A DNA stretch of 64,000 nt from Bacillota bacterium (GTDB lineage: Bacteria > Bacillota > Negativicutes > CTSoil-072), in the NCBI GenBank assembly GCA_017889545.1, contig JAGFZV010000011.1, positions 17,247 to 81,246 on the forward strand, in the 5' to 3' direction. The translations under genes were made by a program, and so were the position numbers. Position 1 is the first letter of the stretch. Each line of letters begins with the position of its first letter. Positions 19,898 to 30,312 of the stretch are shown here, in pieces. Under the pieces are notes generated by a model. It saw only the letters and a list, made by a program, of their open reading frames with translations, was not told the origin of the DNA and made no database searches.

Positions 19898-22057
19898 TTA
19901 ATATTCAATATTATATTCTTTTAATTTTCTGTACAGAGTGGACCGGCTGATTCCCAATATTTCAGCTGCAACCGGCACACAGTTGTTCGCATGCAGCAAC
20001 GCCGTTTCTATCGCAGCCTTCTCCAGCTTCTCCAAACAAAGCATCTCACCGATTGCCTCACTGCTCGTCGCCGACATCCCATCGATTTTGATCGGGCAAG
20101 TAGCCAAGAGAATATAGCTGGGAAGATTATCCGGTTTGATGATTCCATCCAAAGAAGTATTCACCGTATAAATCATTGCGTTTTGCAGCTGCCGGGCATT
20201 GCCCGGCCATTCATATTCATTAATTTTCTTTTGCGCCGCTGAACTGATCTGCGGAACTTTCCAGCCTTTTTTCTGACAGTAATTTTCAATAAAAAACTTG
20301 CTTAAATTTTCGATGTCACTGCCCCGGTCACGCAACGGAGGTATATTTACCGGCAATACCGCCAGACGGAAGAATAAGTCTTCACGAAATTGATTTTCTG
20401 TTACCATTTTGTACAAATTTTTATTTGTAGCGGTAACCAGCCTAAAATCAACTTTCTTATAGCGCCGGCCCCCTAAGCGCATTACCTGCTTGTCCTCTAA
20501 CGTTCTGAGCAAAACAGCTTGCAATTCGATCGGCATATCGCCAATTTCATCAAGAAAAAGCGTGCCGCCATGCGCTAACTCGATTTTACCAGGTCTGCCG
20601 CTGCGTTCAGCACCGGTAAAACTGCCGCCTTCATAACCAAACATTTCACTTTCGATCAATTCTCGCGGCATAGCGGCACAGTTTACTGCGACAAAAGGTC
20701 CCTGTGGACGATGAACATTATGAATAGCTTGTGCAAAAAGTTCTTTCCCGGTTCCGCTTTCGCCAATCAAGAGAATGTTTTCTCCCGATCCAGCAAAACG
20801 CCGCGCCATTGCTATGCTTTTTTTAAATTCCGAGTTTTCGCCGACAATGTTTTCAAATGTATTACTCGCCACCCCGCCGGCTTTGGTGTTCAATTGAGCA
20901 GTTATTTTTTCGGAAGAATTGAACTTAAAGACGACAATATCTAATTTCTGCGTATACGGATTAAAAGCCGGACGAATGCAAATTTGGTAAAGCTGCCGGT
21001 CGCTGCCCGCGCAAACGAATTCCTCAACAGTGAGATTTTCCCCTTTCTCAGCCAAGGTCATAATAGAAGAATCACTGCTCAGAAAATCATTAATATTTCT
21101 GCTATCCATTTCTTCCGTCCTGAGCCTCAAAATCCGCATGCCTTCTTGATTGATATGAATTATTTTCCCCGTGCGATTGGTAACAACAATCCCTTCATCG
21201 ACCAAGGTCAAAGTAGTATTCAATGTATTGTGAACCGTTGCAAACCGATCCATCGCAATCTGAAGATGACAATTGAACGTTTCTGCTTTTTCACTCGCAT
21301 CACAAAAATCATTCGTCGCTTTAACGAGCTTAAAATGAGTCTCGATGGCGATCGCCAGCGAAGTAACGAGCCCTAAACTATGCAGGCACAGATTTTCCAG
21401 AATTTCTTCTCCCGGCGGTTCCAACAATGGTTGATTCAACAATACCAGCGCTGCATTGATTTCTCCATTCTCATCGCGAATTGGCGCCGCAGAAGCAACA
21501 CAGTTCTGAAAAGCTACGCAGTAATGTTCCGGTCCCAGCAATTGCACAGGACGGCCCAGTCGAATGCACAATTCATGGGCTGTAGTTCCTTCCGAGTTTT
21601 CATCGGCAATGATCCCCATTCGAGGATGATTTTCAGGAAACAGATGAGTTTTTTCCCAGCAGCCTTCATTCAGCAAAACGACTCCGGTCTTATCAAATAA
21701 ATATAAAATATCTCCGCAAGACAGCAGCATATCTTTAAACGTTTCAACCATCGAATTCGTGACCTTAATCAACAAATGATGTTTTCCCAGAATTTCAGAT
21801 AATTTTTCGGGGTTCATGTTTGAGGATGTCACTACCGAATAAGGATTGACTCCCATATTGCGGGATCGAACCCACGAAGCGGCAACATCCTGATTCATGA
21901 AAGGGTATTGACATGGGTCTTCCGCATTATTTTGCAAGAAATCCTGCTTATATCGCAGGATGGCTTGCCAGCGTTCTTGGGCATGTGTTTTTCTTGTATT
22001 CGCTGCAGTGTTATTTTGTTCATGAATGATTTCAGGAGACTGGTTTAATATGCCCAC
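19898..22057 (-). CDS. sigma54-dependent transcriptional activator (GAF-PAS-AAA+-HTH, AcoR-like)
   Basis: GESGTGKELFA, GSFTGA loop, GTLFLDEIGD, WPGNARQL, C-terminal LGISRSTLYRKL. Confidence 0.95.
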   Translation of the reverse strand: MGILNQSPEIIHEQNNTAANTRKTHAQERWQAILRYKQDFLQNNAEDPCQYPFMNQDVAASWVRSRNMGVNPYSVVTSSNMNPEKLSEILGKHHLLIKVTNSMVETFKDMLLSCGDILYLFDKTGVVLLNEGCWEKTHLFPENHPRMGIIADENSEGTTAHELCIRLGRPVQLLGPEHYCVAFQNCVASAAPIRDENGEINAALVLLNQPLLEPPGEEILENLCLHSLGLVTSLAIAIETHFKLVKATNDFCDASEKAETFNCHLQIAMDRFATVHNTLNTTLTLVDEGIVVTNRTGKIIHINQEGMRILRLRTEEMDSRNINDFLSSDSSIMTLAEKGENLTVEEFVCAGSDRQLYQICIRPAFNPYTQKLDIVVFKFNSSEKITAQLNTKAGGVASNTFENIVGENSEFKKSIAMARRFAGSGENILLIGESGTGKELFAQAIHNVHRPQGPFVAVNCAAMPRELIESEMFGYEGGSFTGAERSGRPGKIELAHGGTLFLDEIGDMPIELQAVLLRTLEDKQVMRLGGRRYKKVDFRLVTATNKNLYKMVTENQFREDLFFRLAVLPVNIPPLRDRGSDIENLSKFFIENYCQKKGWKVPQISSAAQKKINEYEWPGNARQLQNAMIYTVNTSLDGIIKPDNLPSYILLATCPIKIDGMSATSSEAIGEMLCLEKLEKAAIETALLHANNCVPVAAEILGISRSTLYRKLKEYNIEY

Positions 22058-22179
22058 TCTTATTTTCCTCCTAGCATCTTCTTTTCAGCCATACATTTAC
22101 ACTATAATCGTAAATTTCCTCTGCAAATAGCAGTAATATGTGAAGATTTCCACTTTTTATTTTACATTATTTTTGGTCT

Positions 22180-22196
22180 CGTGTCAAAATGATACG
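22180..22196. promoter_or_regulatory. Putative UAS
   Basis: CGTGTCAAAATGATACG, identical to 19606-19622. Confidence 0.7.
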
Positions 22197-22311
22197 ACAA
22201 GAACGATAAAATTATCAAAAAGAAATTTTATACTCCTGCTACAAGCAATCATCCTGAGAAAAAAACGGTCATTTTACAATAGAAATCAAGCAATTGCCAT
22301 TTTGAAACAGG

Positions 22312-22328
22312 TTGGCATGAAGTTTGCA
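22312..22328 (+). promoter_or_regulatory. sigma54 -24/-12 promoter
   Basis: TTGGCATGAAGTTTGCA upstream of the MFS gene. Confidence 0.8.
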
Positions 22329-22455
22329 TAAATAATTGCTGCTGGATAGTATTCGCAACTTCTATGCTGCAAAATGAGAATCTTGACTCTGTCGCACAAT
22401 GACGAACATGTATTGGAATACTTTCAAAGCGCAATAAATGATTAAGGGGTGTACA

Positions 22456-23742
22456 ATGGCTAGCAAGGGTAATTTTTATGGTTGGAAACTGGTTGGTGTT
22501 TTATGGTTCCTGTACATGGTAAATATGGGCTTTGCATATTATGGCGGACTCATCGCGAACACATATATGTTAAAAGACATCGCCATGGACCGTACGTCAT
22601 TCGGGCTGGGCGTATCAATTTGTCTCTTCGCCCTTGGTTTGCCGTCAATGTTAATCGCTATGACAATAGACAAATGGGGAGCCCGGTGGACATTGGCAAT
22701 CGGTTCGGCATTTCTGTTCGTCGGTTCAGTTATTATGTCTTTTGCGACTGCGCCATGGCATTATTATCTCGGATTTGGCGTTTGTATCGGTACAGGCGTC
22801 GGTTTCTCCACCGTGATGCCATGTTCGACTTTAGTAACCAGATGGTTCAAGCGATATCGCGGTAAAGCTATGGCTATGACAATGACTGCTGCAGGGTTTG
22901 GCGGTTTTATCGGTTCACCGGCAATCAACAAAGTATTGGCGTTGAACGGTGGAAACTGGCATCAGGCCTGGTTGATCATCGGCGGCATTGCACTAATCGG
23001 TATGGTTGTAGCACTCTTGTTTGTCAAAGAACGTCCGGAGGATCTGGGCCAAGTTCCCGACGGCGGAATTGAGGAAGTAGCTTCCGAACAAAAATCCAGC
23101 TCAAGCAAACTGCAAACTTCTTACCTGTGGACTCCGGCGGAGGCTTATAAAACGAAAGCGTTTTGGCTCATTATCATTGCCGGTCACGCCACTTTTTATC
23201 CCTTCTACTTTCTCGGAGCACACTGGGTTCTCCATTTGAAGGGTTTTGGAATTTCGGCTGCGGATGCTGCCTGGGGCATGGGGATTTTTACATTGTTTAC
23301 CATGGCAGGAAAAATGGGCGGAGGTATTCTGATGGATAAACTTGCCGCCCGCCACGTTTTCGTCATTGGAATTGCCATTACTGCTATAGGATCCTTTGTC
23401 GGGATCGGCGCCAATTCCCAACTAATAGCCTACACTGCATCGGCATTACTGGGACTTGGCTTCGGTTGGACATTTGTTACTTCTTCAACGATCATCGCCA
23501 ATTACTATGGTCCGGTTGCGTTTCCCAAATTATTCGGATTATTTTATTTGATCATCAGTGTAACCTGCCCATTGGCAGGCGTTATCGGCGGAAGAATCTT
23601 CGATATGTTTAACAGCTATACGTTCGCGTTATACATCAATATTGCCGTTTGTCTGGTTTGTATCTTCGCCATTTTATGTGCTGTTCCTCCTGTGAGTAAG
23701 AAGGAGCTTGGCGACAAAAGCAAAGTTTCCGCCAGTGTATAG
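22456..23742 (+). CDS. MFS transporter (OFA/MCT-like)
   Basis: 12 TM helices, IDKWGAR motif A, RWFKRYRGKAM. Confidence 0.88.
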   Translation: MASKGNFYGWKLVGVLWFLYMVNMGFAYYGGLIANTYMLKDIAMDRTSFGLGVSICLFALGLPSMLIAMTIDKWGARWTLAIGSAFLFVGSVIMSFATAPWHYYLGFGVCIGTGVGFSTVMPCSTLVTRWFKRYRGKAMAMTMTAAGFGGFIGSPAINKVLALNGGNWHQAWLIIGGIALIGMVVALLFVKERPEDLGQVPDGGIEEVASEQKSSSSKLQTSYLWTPAEAYKTKAFWLIIIAGHATFYPFYFLGAHWVLHLKGFGISAADAAWGMGIFTLFTMAGKMGGGILMDKLAARHVFVIGIAITAIGSFVGIGANSQLIAYTASALLGLGFGWTFVTSSTIIANYYGPVAFPKLFGLFYLIISVTCPLAGVIGGRIFDMFNSYTFALYINIAVCLVCIFAILCAVPPVSKKELGDKSKVSASV

Positions 23743-23757
23743 AGAATAATGAACATT

Positions 23758-23805
23758 AAAAACCGGGACATCCTCAACCAGCAGGTTGGGATATCCCGGT
23801 TTTTT
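23758..23805. terminator. Bidirectional terminator
   Basis: aaaaaccggga...tcccggttttt between convergent genes. Confidence 0.8.
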
Positions 23806-23821
23806 ACTGTCATTCTTCCGA

Positions 23822-24652
23822 TCAATTTCCCGGAACCTGAGCAGCCGACTCAATGCCCATTTCCCGCAGAATTCTTATCGTTCTTTTCGGCGCCACGACT
23901 TTAGGATCATAGCGTTCCGCCAACTGCAGGGTATTCATTACCGGGATAAATCCGCCCAAATCTTCAGGGATGTCAATATCCGGCACCATCTCAATCAGAC
24001 TGATCGGGATCGTTTTTTCTACCGCCTTTTGCACTACCAAGTCCAGAACGGTACCGCCTTCCATATTATAAAAAATCTCCTCAAAATTAAAAGGCGTAGT
24101 GCACGTATAACCAATAATATTGAAACCGCCAGCCTGATCGGCAGATTCAACAATTGCAGCGCCAATACCCAAACCAAAGCGATCGCACTGTTTGGCGCAT
24201 TCGAGGGCTTTTTTGCTCGCCGCCAATTCTTCCAACTTTTTCACAGCGTCCGCAATGGTCGCAGGCTGCAGCCCCGGCATATCCCCGCCAACAATGAAAA
24301 CACTGTCCGCCAATCGTTCCGGGCCCCCGTCCTGCAGTATATAATCAGCCGCATATTGCATAGCTGCATCAAAACAACCCCCTTGATCCGGGAAAATTCC
24401 TTTGATCGCTTCCGGGGCAGAAATTGTCGCAATAATTTGTTCCAGATAACACCGGTCTCCTGAGTGATTATAACAGATATATACATCACAGCAAGCCGAT
24501 GCAATGCACTGGTCTACCACGTCTAAGAGGGAGGCTTCATAGAACTGTTTCGCTTCTTCAGGCGTGAATATCCCCCCACGGTCTATTGTCAGCCTGGTTT
24601 TGGTTTCACCCGCTTTAGGCACTTTCGTAAAAATAACAACCGCATTTCGCAT
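23822..24652 (-). CDS. DUF2064/TIGR04282-like (CofC-fold) nucleotidyltransferase, copy 2
   Basis: FTKVPKAGETKTRL, IVGGDMP, GGF, DIDIPEDL. Confidence 0.75.
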   Translation of the reverse strand: MRNAVVIFTKVPKAGETKTRLTIDRGGIFTPEEAKQFYEASLLDVVDQCIASACCDVYICYNHSGDRCYLEQIIATISAPEAIKGIFPDQGGCFDAAMQYAADYILQDGGPERLADSVFIVGGDMPGLQPATIADAVKKLEELAASKKALECAKQCDRFGLGIGAAIVESADQAGGFNIIGYTCTTPFNFEEIFYNMEGGTVLDLVVQKAVEKTIPISLIEMVPDIDIPEDLGGFIPVMNTLQLAERYDPKVVAPKRTIRILREMGIESAAQVPGN

Positions 24653-24694
24653 CCAATATCATCTCCAGCTTACTTATAACGTTGTCTTCAAACT

Positions 24695-25285
24695 CTAATC
24701 CTGTGCAGTTTTTTCTTGTTTCGCGATTTCATAGTCTGCCGGCGAATTCAAATTGGCAAAAATTTTCTCCATGGTTGCCTGCGGAAAAAATCTCTCCACT
24801 TCAAGATAACCGACACGAACCTGGGGAAAGATATCCAGCGGGCATGTGTACCCATCTTCCAGCAAACGCCGGATGACAGGCAAGCAGGCCTCCTTTGAAA
24901 GCCATGTGCAAAGCGGTTCATTCCCCTCAGAATGAACCGGAAGCACCACATCAAATTTCTTACTGTTCGCCACGAGCACCATTTCCTCAAGCACCCGCAC
25001 CGGCAGTGTCGGCATGTCGCAAGGCAATATCAGCGCACTATCGAACGATGCCTCTTCCAATCCGGCATGCAAGCCGGCCAAAGGTCCTTTGCCAACGTAG
25101 CGGTCTTGCGTCCACCGAACTTCCCTTTCTAATGGCCGCTGCGGCCCCACCACGATCACTTCCTTGCAGAACAAACGCAGCTTATCTACCGCTTCCGTCA
25201 GCAAAGTGCCTGATTTCCAGGGAAGTTCCGCTTTATCCTTGCCCATGCGGCGGCTGCGGCCGCCAGCTAATACAATACCCGTCAT
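24695..25285 (-). CDS. mobA: Molybdenum cofactor guanylyltransferase
   Basis: GIVLAGGRSRRMGKDKA, GPLAGL, PCDMP, NLNSPAD. Confidence 0.92.
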   Translation of the reverse strand: MTGIVLAGGRSRRMGKDKAELPWKSGTLLTEAVDKLRLFCKEVIVVGPQRPLEREVRWTQDRYVGKGPLAGLHAGLEEASFDSALILPCDMPTLPVRVLEEMVLVANSKKFDVVLPVHSEGNEPLCTWLSKEACLPVIRRLLEDGYTCPLDIFPQVRVGYLEVERFFPQATMEKIFANLNSPADYEIAKQEKTAQD

Positions 25286-25306
25286 GATTTGCACCTCTGC
25301 AATCAA

Positions 25307-25741
25307 TTAATCGACAATCTCTATTTCATCACCCGGTTTTACCCAGCCAGGAATGAGCACTTTGGCAAAAATACCTTCTCTGGGCATAACACAGTCACCG
25401 GTTTTTTGCCTGATCGCACATCCACTGTGACATTCTTTCCCAATCTGGGTTACTTCCATCAACGACTCGCCGATCTTGAGTTTCGTTCCAATCGGAAGCT
25501 CAAACAGAATAATCCCGTCTGTCGTTATATTCTCAGCGAAACTTCCTGTTGCCAAATCAGCCAGCCCTTTTTGTTTCATCTTATTCACGCTTTCCATTCC
25601 CAGCAAGCTTACTTGCCTATGCCAGGCCCCGGCATGCGCATCACCTTTTAATCCGCAGTCTATTTCAAAATACCCTTTTTCAATCGTATCTTTGGGTACT
25701 CCTTTTGTCTCACTAATATTGATCGCTGCGACTTTTGCCAT
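25307..25741 (-). CDS. MOSC domain protein
   Basis: GDAHAGAWHRQVSLL, FAENITT, TQIGKECH, CVMPREGIF. Confidence 0.9.
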   Translation of the reverse strand: MAKVAAINISETKGVPKDTIEKGYFEIDCGLKGDAHAGAWHRQVSLLGMESVNKMKQKGLADLATGSFAENITTDGIILFELPIGTKLKIGESLMEVTQIGKECHSGCAIRQKTGDCVMPREGIFAKVLIPGWVKPGDEIEIVD

Positions 25742-25778
25742 GTTTCCGCCTCCTAATCAAGCTCATCCGTTGCTCTAT

Positions 25779-26276
25779 TCATTTCACCAGAAATTTGTTG
25801 ACAATGAACTCCGAAATCTTTTCATAATCATCCAACTGAAACGAAGGAACTGCAAAAGAGTCTTCTGTGACATCAGTGACAACTGCAATTAATTCATTGG
25901 CGGGTGATACCGCCCGGGTTCCTTTTTCTTTCCGTACAACCTCTATCTTTTGCTTGCCTGCCAGTTTGAAACCTTCTACCAGCGCGATATCAATTCCTTC
26001 CATCGATGCAACAATTTCATCAAGATCTTTTTTTTGGTTTGTCTCCTGAATCAAAGCATACTGGTTCGGGCCGACAATCGCAACCGCTTTGGCTCCGGCT
26101 TGCCCAAAACGCCAAGAGTCCTTGCCCGGAATATCAATTGCAAAGCCGTGTGCATCACTTTTAACAGCTCCTACTTTATAGCCTCGGCGAACAATTTCGC
26201 CAATCAACTTTTCCGTCAGTGTGGTTTTCCCCGTATTTGAAACAGCAGATACAATACAAACAATTGGCGTGCTCAC
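25779..26276 (-). CDS. mobB: Molybdopterin-guanine dinucleotide biosynthesis protein B
   Basis: SNTGKTTL, KSDAHGF.ID.PGKDSWR, LVEGFK. Confidence 0.9.
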   Translation of the reverse strand: MSTPIVCIVSAVSNTGKTTLTEKLIGEIVRRGYKVGAVKSDAHGFAIDIPGKDSWRFGQAGAKAVAIVGPNQYALIQETNQKKDLDEIVASMEGIDIALVEGFKLAGKQKIEVVRKEKGTRAVSPANELIAVVTDVTEDSFAVPSFQLDDYEKISEFIVNKFLVK

Positions 26277-26306
26277 TATATACCCCCTATTTGAATATCG
26301 ATTTGG

Positions 26307-26792
26307 TTAGCCGGCATTTCTGATCACATGTCCGCTTTTTCCACCTGATTTTTCCATCAGTTTAATATCCGTAATTTCCATCCACCGGTCAATCGCTTTG
26401 CTCATGTCATAGATCGTCATGGCCGCAATACCGGCTCCGCTGATCGCTTCCATTTCCACACCGGTTTTGCCGGTAGTTTTAACCTGGCATTGGATCGTTA
26501 TGCTGGAATTTTGGTCGTCCATTTGAAATGAGATATCGACGGAAGTCAGTATCAGCGGATGACACATGGGGATCAGCTGTGACGTCTGTTTTGCGGCCAT
26601 AATTCCTGCGACCTGCGCCACACTTAAGACATCCCCTTTTTTAATGCCGCCGCTCTTGATGGTCGCCAGCGTAGATGGCTGCATACGAACAGTAGCTTGC
26701 GCAACAGCGATCCGTTCGCTGTCCTGCTTACCGCCAACATCTACCATTCGCGCATGACCTGTTTCATTAAAATGTGTAAAGTCCATTGTCAT
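26307..26792 (-). CDS. moaC: Cyclic pyranopterin monophosphate synthase
   Basis: ARMVDV, AGIMAAKQT, LIPMCHPL, TGVEMEA. Confidence 0.96.
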   Translation of the reverse strand: MTMDFTHFNETGHARMVDVGGKQDSERIAVAQATVRMQPSTLATIKSGGIKKGDVLSVAQVAGIMAAKQTSQLIPMCHPLILTSVDISFQMDDQNSSITIQCQVKTTGKTGVEMEAISGAGIAAMTIYDMSKAIDRWMEITDIKLMEKSGGKSGHVIRNAG

Positions 26793-27769
26793 CCCCCAAT
26801 CTGATACATTTTGCGCTCATTGCCAACGCCCCAGCCCTCGTCCATGTGATGACGAGCGGGTTTTTTCTTGATTGCTTCGCCAAAAAGCCGCACAAGTTCT
26901 TCGTCGTTTGCATCATTTTCCAATGCTAGCTTTAAATTAACTTCCCCTTTATCAAATAAACAACCTCGCAATTTGCCATCTGCCGTCATGCGAATGCGGT
27001 TGCACTCAGAACAAAAATGATTGCTCATCGCACTAATAAAACCAATTGTTCCCATGCCGCCTTTGATTTGGTAAGACTTCGCCGGTCCATTGCCTTTCAG
27101 CATGGAACTTTTCAGCAGTTCATACCGCGATTCAACAGTTTGTTTTATTTCCGACATGCTGACCAGGCGCTCTTTTTTGTAAAATGGCAGATCGCCAATC
27201 GGCATAAATTCAATAAATCGTACATTTAAAGGCATTTCATACGCTAGTTTGACAAAATCCAAAATTTCATCGTCATTAAAATCTTTCATAACAACCGTAT
27301 TGATTTTTACCGGGGCGATTCCTAACTTAAGGGCTTTTTCTATGGCGCGAGTCACATCATGCAAATTACCCCGTCGCGTAATGTAGCGGAACTTTTCCGG
27401 AACAAAAGTATCCAAGCTGAAATTCACTCTTTTTAAACCGGCTGCTTTCAGATCTTCTGCCATCCCATCAAACAACATGCCGTTTGTCGTAATGGCAATA
27501 TCCTCGATTTGCGGGATTTCGGCCACCTCTGCAATAAGTTTGACGATATCTTTGCGGACCAATGGCTCACCGCCGGTAAATCTCACTTTGCGAATTCCGA
27601 CCTTGGTAGATACCTTTACAAGACGGGCAATTTGTTCCAGCGTCAAGATATTTGAATGGCCTTCATCTGCGATTCCTTCTTCCGGCATGCAATATCTGCA
27701 CCGCAAATTACACCGGTCCGTAACAGAGACTCTCAAATACTCTATTTTACGATCATAGCTGTCCAACAT
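26789..27769 (-). CDS. moaA: GTP 3',8-cyclase
   Basis: SVTDRCNLRCRYC, FCSECNRIR, C-terminal MYQIGG. Confidence 0.97.
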   Translation of the reverse strand: MLDSYDRKIEYLRVSVTDRCNLRCRYCMPEEGIADEGHSNILTLEQIARLVKVSTKVGIRKVRFTGGEPLVRKDIVKLIAEVAEIPQIEDIAITTNGMLFDGMAEDLKAAGLKRVNFSLDTFVPEKFRYITRRGNLHDVTRAIEKALKLGIAPVKINTVVMKDFNDDEILDFVKLAYEMPLNVRFIEFMPIGDLPFYKKERLVSMSEIKQTVESRYELLKSSMLKGNGPAKSYQIKGGMGTIGFISAMSNHFCSECNRIRMTADGKLRGCLFDKGEVNLKLALENDANDEELVRLFGEAIKKKPARHHMDEGWGVGNERKMYQIGG

Positions 27770-27816
27770 GAAGTACTCACCCTCTCTCCATAGCAATTAT
27801 TCCCACTCGTTTCGCC

Positions 27817-29055
27817 TTACGCGTCAATATAATCGATATTTCCCATAACGTGCGCCGATACGATGTCGCCAGGCTTCAGCGGTCCGCTTCCGGCTGGAAC
27901 ATCCACAAAAATGTTGCACTCCATCATGGATTTTAGTGCGCTGTTATTCTGGATGCCTGTTAACTTGACCAACGTATTTCCATCTTCCAACATAAGACGG
28001 GCCCGTAAAAATCTCCGCTTTTCACTGGATTTTTTGAAACCATCCCGCATGGTTCCCTGGATTTTGGAGTACAAATATTTTTCCCGACCCATCATTTTCT
28101 TTAACAGAGGGACTACCAACAGGTCAAACGTGAGCAATGCTGCGACTGGATTGCCCGATAACCCGATAATGATCTTTTGATCCTTCATCGCGGCTAAAAT
28201 TGGCGACCCAGGTTTAATATCGACTTTCCAAAAAAGGATTTCCGCGTCAATTTCTTTCAGTGCATCCTGTATCACATCATAATCGCCTACCGAGACCCCC
28301 CCGGTAGTTATGAACACGTCAGCCTGTTTGAGGCCTTCGCGAATGCGATCAGCAACCTGTTCCTTGCGGTCCATCACTGTTCCCATCATAACCGGCTCAA
28401 GCCCCAGCGCCAAGCAGCGCGCTTGGAGAGTATACCGGTTACTGTCATATATTTTCCCAGGCCGCAATGCCTCTCCGATACTCATCAATTCATCACCGGT
28501 GCTTAAAATGCCTACTTTAACCGGATGATATACCGGCACGCTGGCAATTCCCATCCCAGCCAGAAGACCGACGAGCGCGGGGGATACAACAATTCCTTTT
28601 TTGGCGACTACTTCGCCCTGTTTTACGTCTTCACCGGCATAAACTACATTCTCTTGGAATTTGAGCGGTTTAGAGAGAAAAACAAAATCTCCCTGCCGGT
28701 CAACTTCTTCATATTTCACCACCACATCCGCTCCTACAGGGAGAGGAGCGCCAGTCATCACTTTGATCGTAGTCCCGGGGGTAACTTTGTTTTCTGCCAC
28801 ATAACCCGCCGGGATTTCTTCCAGTACTTTCAAACGAACCGGCTGGGATGATGTAGCCGTTACGGTGTCGCTCGTTAACAGAGCATAGCCGTCTACCGGC
28901 GAACGATCAAAAAACGGAATGTTTTGTTGTGACACAATATCCTGACTCAAAATTTTCCCCAACGCGTCAATAAGCGGGAGTTGGCGTTCTTCCGGCAGGG
29001 TAATATTGGCCAACAGCATCTCTTGCGCTTCCTCGAGTGAAATGTTCTGTTTCAT
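27817..29055 (-). CDS. moeA: Molybdopterin molybdotransferase
   Basis: SPVDGYA, MTGAPLP, STGDEL, TGGVSVGDYD, LSGNP. Confidence 0.95.
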   Translation of the reverse strand: MKQNISLEEAQEMLLANITLPEERQLPLIDALGKILSQDIVSQQNIPFFDRSPVDGYALLTSDTVTATSSQPVRLKVLEEIPAGYVAENKVTPGTTIKVMTGAPLPVGADVVVKYEEVDRQGDFVFLSKPLKFQENVVYAGEDVKQGEVVAKKGIVVSPALVGLLAGMGIASVPVYHPVKVGILSTGDELMSIGEALRPGKIYDSNRYTLQARCLALGLEPVMMGTVMDRKEQVADRIREGLKQADVFITTGGVSVGDYDVIQDALKEIDAEILFWKVDIKPGSPILAAMKDQKIIIGLSGNPVAALLTFDLLVVPLLKKMMGREKYLYSKIQGTMRDGFKKSSEKRRFLRARLMLEDGNTLVKLTGIQNNSALKSMMECNIFVDVPAGSGPLKPGDIVSAHVMGNIDYIDA

Positions 29056-29064
29056 GTTTCCCTC

Positions 29065-30087
29065 CTACGCACCCGTACCAAAAGGACAAATTGGATAATG
29101 GCAAACCGGACATTGTAAGCAAAGCCCGCCTAAACCGAATTTGGCAATTTGTTCTTTTGTGATCTTTTCGTCAGTGATAATGAACGGCAAAAGAATGTCC
29201 AGCGCTGATACTTTGGAATACATAACCCCGCCCGGAAGCCCTAATACTGGAATTTCGCCAAGGTAGCCGACCATCAGCATGGCCCCCGGCAGTACCGGTG
29301 TACCGTACGATACGATCGTCGTCCCGCTTTCTCTAATCCCCTTAGGCGTAACATCATCCGGGTCTACTGACATTCCACCGGTTGTCAAGATAAGCTGCGC
29401 GCCCTTATCCGCCATATCCCGGATCGCTTGAGCAATTTTTGAAGAATCATCCGGAAGAAATTGCTGTTCCATGAGTTCACAGCCATATTCAGCCAGTTTG
29501 ACGCGTAAAAATGGGCCAAATTTATCTTGGATTAAACCAGAATACACTTCATTGCCGGTTGTCACAACACCGACTTTCAGCGCTTGCATTGGTTTTACCG
29601 CAATCATTTCAACATCTTTACATAGCGCTTCAACCTGTTGAAGCAGGGCTTCGTCGATCGTAAGCGGTATGGCGCGAAGTCCGGCCACGGTATCGCCTTT
29701 TTTTACTAGTTTTAGGTTGCTGCGGGTTGCAACCATCACATCCTTAACCATATTGACCTGCAGCAAAACTTCTTCATTGATCATACACATGCCATCATAT
29801 TGCGCGGTGAGCATAATTTTCCCCTCTGCCGGAGCGCTGCAGCCGAGCCCTTTGCCCTTCACCGCATTCGCAATCCGGACAGCCGCATCATTTTCATGAA
29901 CCTTGCCATCCACTTCTTCCCAAATGAAAATATGCTCTTTGCCTAACTTACGCAGCTCGAATATATCCGCTTTTGTAATAATATGACCTTTTTTGAAGGC
30001 TCTCCCTTTGAATTCTCCTGGAACAATTTTCGTAATGTCGTGGCAACACACACAATTTTCTGCATCTTCCAATCGAACCGTTCGCAT
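29065..30087 (-). CDS. MoeA-like molybdopterin-binding protein
   Basis: HDITKI, TTGNEV, TGGMSVDPDDVTP, YGTPVLPG, C-terminal CLQCPVCHYPICPF. Confidence 0.85.
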   Translation of the reverse strand: MRTVRLEDAENCVCCHDITKIVPGEFKGRAFKKGHIITKADIFELRKLGKEHIFIWEEVDGKVHENDAAVRIANAVKGKGLGCSAPAEGKIMLTAQYDGMCMINEEVLLQVNMVKDVMVATRSNLKLVKKGDTVAGLRAIPLTIDEALLQQVEALCKDVEMIAVKPMQALKVGVVTTGNEVYSGLIQDKFGPFLRVKLAEYGCELMEQQFLPDDSSKIAQAIRDMADKGAQLILTTGGMSVDPDDVTPKGIRESGTTIVSYGTPVLPGAMLMVGYLGEIPVLGLPGGVMYSKVSALDILLPFIITDEKITKEQIAKFGLGGLCLQCPVCHYPICPFGTGA

Positions 30088-30185
30088 GCTATAATCTCCT
30101 TTCCATTTTGGCACATCTTACACCAGCAAAAATAAAAACTTCTGTGCAGAACGCGCACAGAAGTTTCATTGAAAACTTATGAGAC

Positions 30186-30297
30186 GCCTCCTTTCCCATT
30201 CGGGAGGTAGCAAAATTTCTTTTACTACCCCGTGGGCCTACATACAGGCCCAGGCTGTACAACCATGGTTCGCTTTAGGTCGTACGGCTCGGAGAGC
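30186..30297 (-). ncRNA. Moco RNA motif (riboswitch), P3-containing
   Basis: CUCCGAG..ACCUAAA..AUGGU, P3 gggccu/aggccc, P4 with GAAA loop, CCUCCC-GAAU-GGGAAAGGAG; directly upstream of the Moco biosynthesis genes. Confidence 0.88.
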
Positions 30298-30312
30298 TAT
30301 TCAGTTATTTCG